From positions 21,046-85,045 of IMG/VR virus record IMGVR_UViG_3300042293_000555: 64,000 nucleotides of DNA; one strand, given 5' to 3'. The DNA comes from a virus. Each line of letters opens with the position of its first letter. Position 1 is the stretch's first letter. Shown here one piece after another: positions 17,974 through 26,015 of this stretch. A program made the translations under genes and the position numbers. The notes under the pieces were generated by a model. The model was not told the DNA's origin. It saw only the letters and a list, made by a program, of their open reading frames with translations, and searched no databases.

Positions 17974-19018
17974 AGAAGAAATAGAACACTACATTGCTTC
18001 ATCAGCAGTAAATCAAAGTAAGTTAAAATTATTGACAGTAAGTGCTCAAGCATTTCAAGAAGTTAAAGAACCTGAAATGTTCTTTGAAGAAAAAGAACAC
18101 TTTGTTATAGGTAGAGCAGTAGATGATTGGATTACTCAAGGTGATGAGTATTTTATTACACATTATCATTTAGGTGCTACAAGTAAACCATCAGATGTAA
18201 TAATGTCTATTATTCAACAAACTTTTGCTACAAGAACTGTAGATGATTGGTTTGAACAAAACTTATTACCTGCTATTGAAGCACATAATTATCAACCTAA
18301 TTGGAAACCTGATACTAAGATTGCTAAAGTCAGTACTGAAGGTGAAAGATATTGGAAAGAATTATTGTATAGTCAAGGTAAAACTGTATTGAGTGTTGAG
18401 CAGTATACTAAGGTACAAAATATAGTATCTGAACTTTTTAATAACAGGTTTACTGAATCTTATTTTAGAAGTTCTGCTCAAAAACACATTTACTATCAAC
18501 TACCTATTTATTTTGAACTCAATAATGTTCAATGTAAAGCTCTATTAGATATGGTTATTGTAAATCATGTTGAAAAAGAAATTACATTAATTGACATTAA
18601 AACTATTGGTGACTATACTAAAAACTTTGATTATCAATGTCTTAGAAGAAGATATGATATTCAAATAGCTTGGTATATGAAAGCAATTCTACATTGGGCA
18701 AAAATAAATCACTTTGGTGATTACAATCTTAATTTTCCAAAATTCATTGTTGCATCTTCTACTAAAGTTTGTGATTCTATAGTATTTAATTGTACACCAT
18801 CTTTCTTAAATGTTGGAGCATTTGGTACTCTTAAATATCAGGATTATAAGGTTAATGCTGAAGAAGAAGAAATGCAGTTTGTAGAATCTACAATGTATGG
18901 TTATACCCAATTACTTGAAATGTACAAGTGGCATGAAGAAAATGGTTGGAACTATGATTATGAAATTGAAATGAAGAAAGGTGAATTTACAATTGACTCA
19001 AGTTTTAAAAGACAGTAA
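17954..19018 (+). CDS. PD-(D/E)XK exonuclease (RecE/DUF3799-like)
   Basis: QS.LK, GRAVD, KALLD..IDIKT, YDIQIAWY. Confidence 0.8.
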   Translation: MIIRTSKEEIEHYIASSAVNQSKLKLLTVSAQAFQEVKEPEMFFEEKEHFVIGRAVDDWITQGDEYFITHYHLGATSKPSDVIMSIIQQTFATRTVDDWFEQNLLPAIEAHNYQPNWKPDTKIAKVSTEGERYWKELLYSQGKTVLSVEQYTKVQNIVSELFNNRFTESYFRSSAQKHIYYQLPIYFELNNVQCKALLDMVIVNHVEKEITLIDIKTIGDYTKNFDYQCLRRRYDIQIAWYMKAILHWAKINHFGDYNLNFPKFIVASSTKVCDSIVFNCTPSFLNVGAFGTLKYQDYKVNAEEEEMQFVESTMYGYTQLLEMYKWHEENGWNYDYEIEMKKGEFTIDSSFKRQ

Positions 19019-19019
19019 T

Positions 19020-19589
19020 ATGGATGGTGTGAAAATACAGCTTGGACAACTCACCATGAATAAAACTGCAAGATTTATTAAACCTTGTTTAAAATTGTAT
19101 GGTGAAGAGTTTAGGAAAAGAATAAGTTCTGTATTTAAGTTAGCTTATGGTATAGGAGATATGTATATAGATAAAAAGTATGAAAAACATATCTTTATTC
19201 TTATAGATACTTTTAAATGTTCTAAGCATTTCTTAAGTACTTTGGAATGGTTACAGGAACAAGATTGTTATGAAGATGATTATGCTTATGATAACTTAGT
19301 ACATGGCAGATTGCATATGATAGTTATTAAGTTACCTGAAGGTATTGATTTACAGTTATTTCTAAAAGGTAAATACAGTAAAATGTATACTGATACAGAA
19401 ATAATTTCAATGCTTGATGATGAAACTAAAAGCATTGTTATTAAAGATAAGAATTATAAAGTTACTTTTGTAGAGAAAGTTAATGCTTTATTTAAATCTA
19501 ATCTTAAAGTGTCTGATTTAACTGCTGAAACTGAACTTGATACTCCACCTAACATTCCTTTTTCAGAAGAACAAGAAATTTTTATTTAA
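19020..19589 (+). CDS. hypothetical protein
   Basis: Start MDGVK at 19020; F..GKYSKMY motif. Confidence 0.7.
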   Translation: MDGVKIQLGQLTMNKTARFIKPCLKLYGEEFRKRISSVFKLAYGIGDMYIDKKYEKHIFILIDTFKCSKHFLSTLEWLQEQDCYEDDYAYDNLVHGRLHMIVIKLPEGIDLQLFLKGKYSKMYTDTEIISMLDDETKSIVIKDKNYKVTFVEKVNALFKSNLKVSDLTAETELDTPPNIPFSEEQEIFI

Positions 19590-19594
19590 CTATG

Positions 19595-19617
19595 GGGGAA
19601 GGCAACTTCCCCTTTTT
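19595..19617 (+). terminator. intrinsic terminator
   Basis: GGGGAAG-GCAA-CTTCCCC plus T-tract. Confidence 0.75.
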
Positions 19618-19630
19618 CAACTACTTACTT

Positions 19631-19885
19631 ATGTTTAAATTAGTAAAAACAAATTATCAAAATCAAAATCATTATCTTTTACTTAATGGTACACCTATTG
19701 AAACTGGTCAAAATGGTTTTACATTAGAAGTATTAGGTGCAACATTTACTCCACCTAATGCACAAATACCTATTATTAATATAGATCAGATTGATTCAAT
19801 GATTTTAGAAGATACTGATTTACAAGATTGGGAAGTAGAAGTAGACAGTGATTTAAACATTTATTTAAAATCTCAACAATTATGA
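19631..19885 (+). CDS. hypothetical protein
   Basis: Start MFKLVK after the terminator. Confidence 0.6.
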   Translation: MFKLVKTNYQNQNHYLLLNGTPIETGQNGFTLEVLGATFTPPNAQIPIINIDQIDSMILEDTDLQDWEVEVDSDLNIYLKSQQL

Positions 19886-20514
19886 AACAGATACTAAAAG
19901 TTATCTTTGCACTTATGTTATTAGTAACATTTGAAAGTTGCACACAACAAAAACAACCTATCATTCCTGTTATTCCTCAAACAGATGACACTATTAAGGA
20001 TGATATTGAAGAAGTAAGAGCTATGGTTATAGGACATAAGACTGAATCTAAAGTCAATAAAAAACCTAAACAAAAACTTTCTTCAAGGGAAAAATATATT
20101 AAAAGATTTTTACCTACAGCTATTGCAGAATCTAAAAAGTATGGTATTCCTGTATCTATTAAACTTGCTCAAGGTATAGTAGAATCTGATGCAGGAAATT
20201 CTTCATTAGCTACAAAACACAACATACATTTTTGTATTAAAGACCCTAAAAATGGTAAAGGAAGTATTAAACATCATGATGATGACCCTAATGATCATTT
20301 TTATACTTACAAAAGTGCATGGTATTCATTTAGACATCATTCTAAGTTTCTAAAAACTCATAGTAGATATGCATTTTTATTTAAGATTCCTAAAACCAAT
20401 TATAAAGCTTGGGCCAAAGGTTTAAAGAAAGCTGGATATGCTACTCATCCACACTATGCTGAATCATTAATTTCAGTTATTGAAACTCACAAGCTTTATA
20501 AGTATGACCAATAA
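19882..20514 (+). CDS. GH73 glucosaminidase (FlgJ-like peptidoglycan hydrolase) with lipoprotein-like signal
   Basis: LAQGIVES catalytic Glu, GYATHPHYA motif, N-terminal LLVTFESC. Confidence 0.85.
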   Translation: MKQILKVIFALMLLVTFESCTQQKQPIIPVIPQTDDTIKDDIEEVRAMVIGHKTESKVNKKPKQKLSSREKYIKRFLPTAIAESKKYGIPVSIKLAQGIVESDAGNSSLATKHNIHFCIKDPKNGKGSIKHHDDDPNDHFYTYKSAWYSFRHHSKFLKTHSRYAFLFKIPKTNYKAWAKGLKKAGYATHPHYAESLISVIETHKLYKYDQ

Positions 20515-20542
20515 TTAATTAATCAAATAATCAATATTTACA

Positions 20543-20731
20543 ATGACATTAGCACAATTAAAAATTGAAGCACAAAAGTTGATTGCAGATTTTCCTCACC
20601 TTGAAAGAGAAGTATCAGAATTTTATCATTTAGCTAAAGATGAAATAGAACAAGGAGAATCTGAACAACATGAATGTAATCTTGCATATAATGATATGAT
20701 GAGTTTACTAACTGAAGAACATGATATTTGA
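20543..20731 (+). CDS. hypothetical protein
   Basis: Small acidic helical ORF. Confidence 0.6.
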   Translation: MTLAQLKIEAQKLIADFPHLEREVSEFYHLAKDEIEQGESEQHECNLAYNDMMSLLTEEHDI

Positions 20732-20912
20732 GCCACAAAATAGAATAGAGGTAATCACTCCTAAAGGTAAAGGGTTTATATGGTTAGTAACAGAATATGG
20801 TACTGAAACATCTAAACTCTTTACTGTTATACAAGATAATGGTGAAATATGGGAATGGCAAAACAAGGATGTAAAAGTATTAAATAACATTACATTTAAT
20901 AGAATAACATGA
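20721..20912 (+). CDS. hypothetical protein
   Basis: V.TPKG.G..W...YG......F.V....GE.W pattern. Confidence 0.65.
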   Translation: MIFEPQNRIEVITPKGKGFIWLVTEYGTETSKLFTVIQDNGEIWEWQNKDVKVLNNITFNRIT

Positions 20913-21601
20913 AAAACTTACACTTAATACCAACAGAGAAAGCAAGTAAGTTGTTTATACACAATGCTTTTAATGATTTAAGATTTGATATTAGAGAATT
21001 AAAACATGATAATAACCAAAACATCTACATCACTTCTGATGAAGAAATTAAAGAAGGAGATTACTTCTATTCTTTATTTCAAGGGGAAGAAAGAATATTA
21101 AAATACAATAAACTTGTAATACCTTTTCCTAAAGATAAAAAAATCATCCTAACAACAGACCAAGACTTAGATGGTGTACAATCTATTGATGATGAGTTTT
21201 TAGAATGGTTTGTTAAGAATCCAAGTTGTGAGTTTGTTGAGGTTGGAAAATTATATAAAAATGGTTATGGAAATTGGTATAGAAACGATAGTCATTTTAT
21301 ATCATCTGAAACTAAGTACAAAATCATCATTCCAAAAGAAGAACCTAAACAAGAAACACTTGAAGAAGCTGCTGAAAAATATCATAATAAAATATCTAAA
21401 AAAAGAAATACTCAATTAGGTGTACCTTCAGAAGATTTTATTGAAGGTGCTAAATGGCAATCTGAAAGAATGTATAGTGTGGAAGATTTAAAAAAAGCAA
21501 TAGATTTAGCAAGAGTATTCAGTAAAATTACTGAAAATAATGGGTATGACGAGTTCGAGTATACCCCTATTGAAATTATTCAACAATTTAAAAACAAATA
21601 A
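20909..21601 (+). CDS. hypothetical protein
   Basis: IYITSDEEIKEGD, KKIILTTD, ETLEEAAEKY patterns recalled from flavobacterial phage ORFs. Confidence 0.7.
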   Translation: MKNLHLIPTEKASKLFIHNAFNDLRFDIRELKHDNNQNIYITSDEEIKEGDYFYSLFQGEERILKYNKLVIPFPKDKKIILTTDQDLDGVQSIDDEFLEWFVKNPSCEFVEVGKLYKNGYGNWYRNDSHFISSETKYKIIIPKEEPKQETLEEAAEKYHNKISKKRNTQLGVPSEDFIEGAKWQSERMYSVEDLKKAIDLARVFSKITENNGYDEFEYTPIEIIQQFKNK

Positions 21602-21602
21602 T

Positions 21603-21794
21603 ATGACAGCAGTAGAATGGTTAGCAGAACAAATGATGCATCCACAAATACATCCACAAATATTTAATCCATACATTGAACAAGCCCTCGAACTCGAAAA
21701 GCAGCAGATAATTGATTTTGGAGTTTGGTATTCAGGAATGGAACAAGAAAAAGTAAAAAAAGCATTTGAAAGATTTAAAAACGAAACAGAATGA
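21603..21794 (+). CDS. hypothetical protein (MTAVEWL type)
   Basis: Start at 21603; contains a 12-bp tandem duplication CATCCACAAATA at 21639-21662. Confidence 0.65.
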   Translation: MTAVEWLAEQMMHPQIHPQIFNPYIEQALELEKQQIIDFGVWYSGMEQEKVKKAFERFKNETE

Positions 21795-22852
21795 TTAATG
21801 CAAAAATAGTAGCAGATTCTTTAAGTCCACAAGGACATAGAATTACAACTATGGAAGTTGTATTTCCAAGATTTATTTTAGCAGAATTGAATACTCACAG
21901 AATGTTGTCAAAAAATTCAGCATCAAGTAGAGCTATTCCATTTGAAAAAATGGTTAAATCAGTTCAAGAAAATCCTTTTATTCCTATTGCTTGGCAAAAG
22001 CATCATAAGGGAATGCAGGGTAGTGAGTATAAAACAGGAAGTTCTGAAATACAATTATGTATAAATAAATGGTTAGATGCCAGAGATAATGCAGTTCAAT
22101 CTGCTAAACTATTAAATCAGTCAGAATTAGTAACTAAACAACTTTGTAACAGATTACTTGAACCCTTTATGTGGCACAAAGTACTGATTACAGCAACTGA
22201 ATGGAGTAATTTCTTTGAGTTGAGATGTCCTTTGTACTCATTATATAGTCCTCATGGTGAACATTTATTTAAAAGTAAAAAAGATGCTATAGAGTATTTT
22301 AAAGGTACAGGATACAATGATGATGAAATTGAAAATTGGACAGATTTAGATTGGTTACAAATCAACAAAGGTCAATCTGAAATACACATGATGCAATTAG
22401 CTGAATGTATGTGGGATGCTATGAATGAATCTACTCCTAAGCAATTGAAAGCAGGTGAATGGCATATTCCTTATGGTGATACTATTAATGTTTTAGGAGA
22501 TACTGATTTTAAAGAAGATGTATTAACTAAAATTAAAATAGCAACAGCAAGATGTGCAAGAGTGAGTTATACAACAGTAGGAGAAGATAGTAAAGAAATA
22601 CCTTATGAAAAAGATATTGCTTTACATGATTCTTTAATTGCAAGTGGTCACATGAGTCCAACAGAACACATTGCCAGAGCTATGTCTGATGAAGAGTATT
22701 ATACTTTCATAAGAGGTAAAGTTGATACTTATGAACCAACAAGATATTCTACTGTAGCAGACTTAACAATAAATGAAGTTCCAGGTACAGAAAAACTTTT
22801 TGGTTGGTGTAATAATTTTAGAGGATTTATTCAATATAGATATATGATTTAA
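21791..22852 (+). CDS. thyX: flavin-dependent thymidylate synthase
   Basis: ELNTHRMLSKNSASSR ThyX motif, NRLLEP, NFFELR, HMSPTEH. Confidence 0.85.
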   Translation: MINAKIVADSLSPQGHRITTMEVVFPRFILAELNTHRMLSKNSASSRAIPFEKMVKSVQENPFIPIAWQKHHKGMQGSEYKTGSSEIQLCINKWLDARDNAVQSAKLLNQSELVTKQLCNRLLEPFMWHKVLITATEWSNFFELRCPLYSLYSPHGEHLFKSKKDAIEYFKGTGYNDDEIENWTDLDWLQINKGQSEIHMMQLAECMWDAMNESTPKQLKAGEWHIPYGDTINVLGDTDFKEDVLTKIKIATARCARVSYTTVGEDSKEIPYEKDIALHDSLIASGHMSPTEHIARAMSDEEYYTFIRGKVDTYEPTRYSTVADLTINEVPGTEKLFGWCNNFRGFIQYRYMI

Positions 22853-22860
22853 TTATTTCT

Positions 22861-22868
22861 TATATTTG
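22861..22868 (+). promoter_or_regulatory. Bacteroidota -7 element (TATATTTG)
   Basis: TAnnTTTG in the intergenic gap upstream of 22900. Confidence 0.55.
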
Positions 22869-22899
22869 TAAATTCAATAACAATTTAAATTAATAAATA

Positions 22900-23745
22900 A
22901 TGAAAAAGCATTCTCTTCATTCTTCATTTTATCCACACATTGATTCAGAAAAATTCACTAAAGTTGTTAAGAAATTACGAGCATTCTTTAGTGATAAAGG
23001 ATTCTTAGAAACTCACACTCAAAACAGACTCAGTATTTTAGCAGCTTGTGAAGATCCTTTTAATATTAGAACTTTTGAGTATGAGAACCAAGTATGGCCT
23101 CTTCCTCAAACAGGTCAAATGTGGTTGGAACATGATTTGTTAAATAATCCTGAATCAATAGGATATTTTTGTGTAAGTACATCTTACAGAAATGAAAAAG
23201 AACCTATTGAAGGAAGACATTGTATGATTTTTCCAATGTTTGAATTTGAATTTCATGGTAACTTAAGTGATTTATGGATTGTTGAAGTTGAACTTCTTAA
23301 TTATTTAGGATTTAAACAACATGAAGTAGCAAACTATGAAGAAGTTTGTAAGAAATATAATGTAAGTATTATTGATTCTTTTATTGAAGGAAGAATGAAT
23401 CAAGAAGGAAAGGATGCTATACTTTTAATGAATTTTCCAGAAAGAACTAACCCATTCTGGAATATGAAAAGGTTAAATGATGTTGCAAGAAAAATTGATG
23501 TTATCTTACATGGTCAAGAAACTATTGGTTCTGCTGAAAGAAGTACTGATAAAGAACAAATGCGTGAAACATTTTTTACTATTGAAGGAGGAAAATATGC
23601 TGAAAAGTTATTTGAACTCTTTGGTTACAACAGAGTAATAGCTGAGTTAGATGAGTTTTTAGAGAACAAATTCTTCCCAAGAGTAGGTGGTGGAATAGGT
23701 ATCACAAGACTTATCAGAGCTATGGAAATTAGTAAATTACTGTAA
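22900..23745 (+). CDS. class IIb aminoacyl-tRNA synthetase catalytic-domain paralog (AsnRS/AspRS-like, no anticodon-binding domain)
   Basis: LPQTGQ, motif 2 YRNE...RH..FPMFEFE, ETIGSAER, motif 3 GGGIGITRL; only 281 aa. Confidence 0.85.
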   Translation: MKKHSLHSSFYPHIDSEKFTKVVKKLRAFFSDKGFLETHTQNRLSILAACEDPFNIRTFEYENQVWPLPQTGQMWLEHDLLNNPESIGYFCVSTSYRNEKEPIEGRHCMIFPMFEFEFHGNLSDLWIVEVELLNYLGFKQHEVANYEEVCKKYNVSIIDSFIEGRMNQEGKDAILLMNFPERTNPFWNMKRLNDVARKIDVILHGQETIGSAERSTDKEQMRETFFTIEGGKYAEKLFELFGYNRVIAELDEFLENKFFPRVGGGIGITRLIRAMEISKLL

Positions 23746-23746
23746 T

Positions 23747-24130
23747 ATGATAAAATTCACTAAGAAGTTCAGTAAATATGAATTAATTGTAGGCACTAAT
23801 AGTGTTGACATATTTAATCATTTTAATGTAAGTAAATTACATGGACTTACTAAAGAAGCAGCATTAGCTTATAAAGAAACTCCCAATGATGCTTACATTA
23901 TGGGTATGTGTAATTATAGTCCTGCAAATAAGTTTCCCTATGTATTTATTAATACTAATAGATTAAAAGGTGGATACAAAGATGCTACAGCAATTATGCA
24001 TGAAACTGTACATTTAAGTTTACTTTTACACAATTGGAATGTTGAAAATAAAGAAGAAGAGATAGTAACTGATGCTGAAAAATATGCAAATCAAATACTA
24101 TCTCTCATTAAGCTGAGTAACCTAATTTGA
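23747..24130 (+). CDS. small zincin-like metallopeptidase
   Basis: IMHETVH...EEE (HExxH plus downstream Glu). Confidence 0.6.
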   Translation: MIKFTKKFSKYELIVGTNSVDIFNHFNVSKLHGLTKEAALAYKETPNDAYIMGMCNYSPANKFPYVFINTNRLKGGYKDATAIMHETVHLSLLLHNWNVENKEEEIVTDAEKYANQILSLIKLSNLI

Positions 24131-24147
24131 TCACTAAATTAATTTTT

Positions 24148-24675
24148 ATGAAATATGTATTGGCAGTTTGGTTTACGTTCTCCACTGTTTATTGTAACAC
24201 CTACACAAAAGAAGTGGAAATGGTGTTGGAAAAAAAAGAATTTGTAAATTGGTTAATTAATTCTAAACCTAAACATACTTGGAATGATGTTGATTGGTTA
24301 GCTAAAATGATGATGTCAGAAGTTGCTGATTCTACTGATAAAGAATCTATTTATCTTGTTGGTGCAGTAGCAGTTAATCACACAACATTATTTGGTTATA
24401 CTTTATTTGAAGCATTACACAGAAAACAAGCATTTTCAGGTTTAAATAATGAAGCATACCATTGGTGGAGAGCTGAACCTACAACAGTACATAAACAAAT
24501 AGCTATTGACTTAATAACCAATGGTGTACAAGAAAGAGCTTGTAATGTTTTTGCATTTTGTAATATGTCACTTATATCTAAGCATGCACATAATTGGTTT
24601 AGTTCTTTTAAACTTTATAAAAAAATAGGTCAAGTTTCTTTTTTCTCTTATGAAAAAGCTGTAAGTTTGCCTTAA
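24148..24675 (+). CDS. SleB/Hydrolase_2-like cell-wall hydrolase with N-terminal signal
   Basis: LAKMMMSE, VGAVAVN, QAFS, KIG..SFF patterns. Confidence 0.55.
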   Translation: MKYVLAVWFTFSTVYCNTYTKEVEMVLEKKEFVNWLINSKPKHTWNDVDWLAKMMMSEVADSTDKESIYLVGAVAVNHTTLFGYTLFEALHRKQAFSGLNNEAYHWWRAEPTTVHKQIAIDLITNGVQERACNVFAFCNMSLISKHAHNWFSSFKLYKKIGQVSFFSYEKAVSLP

Positions 24676-24686
24676 ATCAACTTATT

Positions 24687-25193
24687 ATGTACGTAGAAAT
24701 TAAGAAGAAACACGAAGATGTAAAAATACCTACCTATGCTACAGCAGGTAGTGCAGGATTTGACCTATATGCAGATTCCTTTTTAAAGTTATATTCAGGT
24801 AATACAGAAGTTCTTTTAAAAGATGTAATGAGATTTAGCATCAGCAAAGGATATATTGTTCTAAGACCATTTGAAAGAATCTTAATTGGAACAGGGTTGT
24901 ATATGGCTATTCCTGAAGGATATGAATTACAAATTAGAGATAAAAGTGGAATTGCTTTAAAACAAGGTTTAAAAGTAATGAACTCACCGGGTACTGTAGA
25001 TTCAGATTATAGAGATGAAATTGGTGTAATTATAGGTAATCTTAGCAATGCTTTAATGAGAATTAACCTTAATGAAAAAATTGCACAAGCTGTACTTGCT
25101 AAACATGAAACTGCTGATTGGATTGAAACAGTAGATTTAACTCCTACTAATACTGAAAGAGTAGGTGGTTTTGGAAGTACAGGGTTAAAATAA
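24687..25193 (+). CDS. dut: trimeric dUTPase
   Basis: AGFDL, KSGIA, GTVDSDYR, IAQ, R.GGFGSTG; TAAGTTTG -7 element at 24662-24669. Confidence 0.95.
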   Translation: MYVEIKKKHEDVKIPTYATAGSAGFDLYADSFLKLYSGNTEVLLKDVMRFSISKGYIVLRPFERILIGTGLYMAIPEGYELQIRDKSGIALKQGLKVMNSPGTVDSDYRDEIGVIIGNLSNALMRINLNEKIAQAVLAKHETADWIETVDLTPTNTERVGGFGSTGLK

Positions 25194-25224
25194 ATAATAA
25201 ATTGTCCTGCGTCTTATAATTGTG

Positions 25225-25253
25225 AAAGGTTGGTAGAAATATCAACCTTTTTT
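25225..25253 (+). terminator. intrinsic terminator
   Basis: AAAGGTTGGTA-GAAA-TATCAACCTTT plus Ts. Confidence 0.7.
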
Positions 25254-25266
25254 AAACCTTACTTCA

Positions 25267-25959
25267 ATGACATACAAAAATGTACTTATAGTTGTATTGA
25301 TTTTTATTATTGCATTTATCAACAGATGTAAACAAGATACTTCATTAAAAACTATACAAGAATTAAAATTACAAAATCAATTATTGACTGATACTGTAGT
25401 TCATTTTAAAGATGCCAATGGAAAACAGTCTTCTAAAATTAGAGTATTAGAAGTAACTAATATGAATCAGATTAAAAATCTTGATTCTCAGAAAAACTTA
25501 GTTACATTATTACAAAGTGAAGTTGCATTATATAAGAAAAAGTTACAAAGCAGTGTTGGTATTACAACTATTACAGAATTTGATACTATATTTAAGACTG
25601 ATAGTTTTCACTTGGTTACTAACAGTAAGGATACAATTTCTATTCAATCTTTCCATTTTAAACACTCTGACAGTTGGATAAAAATAAATATTAAGGGGGA
25701 TTCCTTGAATACTCAATTCTCAGTAAAGGTTGATAATCAATACTCTGTATCAATTGTTAAAGCTAAAAAAGGATTTGATGCAATTGTTAAAAATTCTAAT
25801 CCTTATTCTACCACTACTGAAATCTTAGCTACAAAACTTAGTTTACCTAAACCTAAGAAATTTGGTATAGGACTTGTAGTAGGATATGGTATAACCTTTC
25901 CTTTAAAACCTTCACCATTTATAGGTGTAGGTTTGTCCTATAACATCATAAGATTTTAG
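25267..25959 (+). CDS. membrane-anchored coiled-coil protein, spanin-like candidate
   Basis: N-terminal hydrophobic segment, coiled coil, C-terminal amphipathic beta-hairpin (FGIGLVVGYG...IGVGLSYNIIRF). Confidence 0.5.
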   Translation: MTYKNVLIVVLIFIIAFINRCKQDTSLKTIQELKLQNQLLTDTVVHFKDANGKQSSKIRVLEVTNMNQIKNLDSQKNLVTLLQSEVALYKKKLQSSVGITTITEFDTIFKTDSFHLVTNSKDTISIQSFHFKHSDSWIKINIKGDSLNTQFSVKVDNQYSVSIVKAKKGFDAIVKNSNPYSTTTEILATKLSLPKPKKFGIGLVVGYGITFPLKPSPFIGVGLSYNIIRF

Positions 25960-25981
25960 TAACTTTCCTCTCTATATATTT

Positions 25982-26013
25982 AAAGGTCTTCCCTACAAAG
26001 GAAGACCTTTTTT
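25982..26013. terminator. bidirectional terminator at convergence of the two arms
   Basis: AAAGGTCTTCC-ctacaaa-GGAAGACCTTT flanked by A/T tracts. Confidence 0.8.
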
Positions 26014-26015
26014 AT

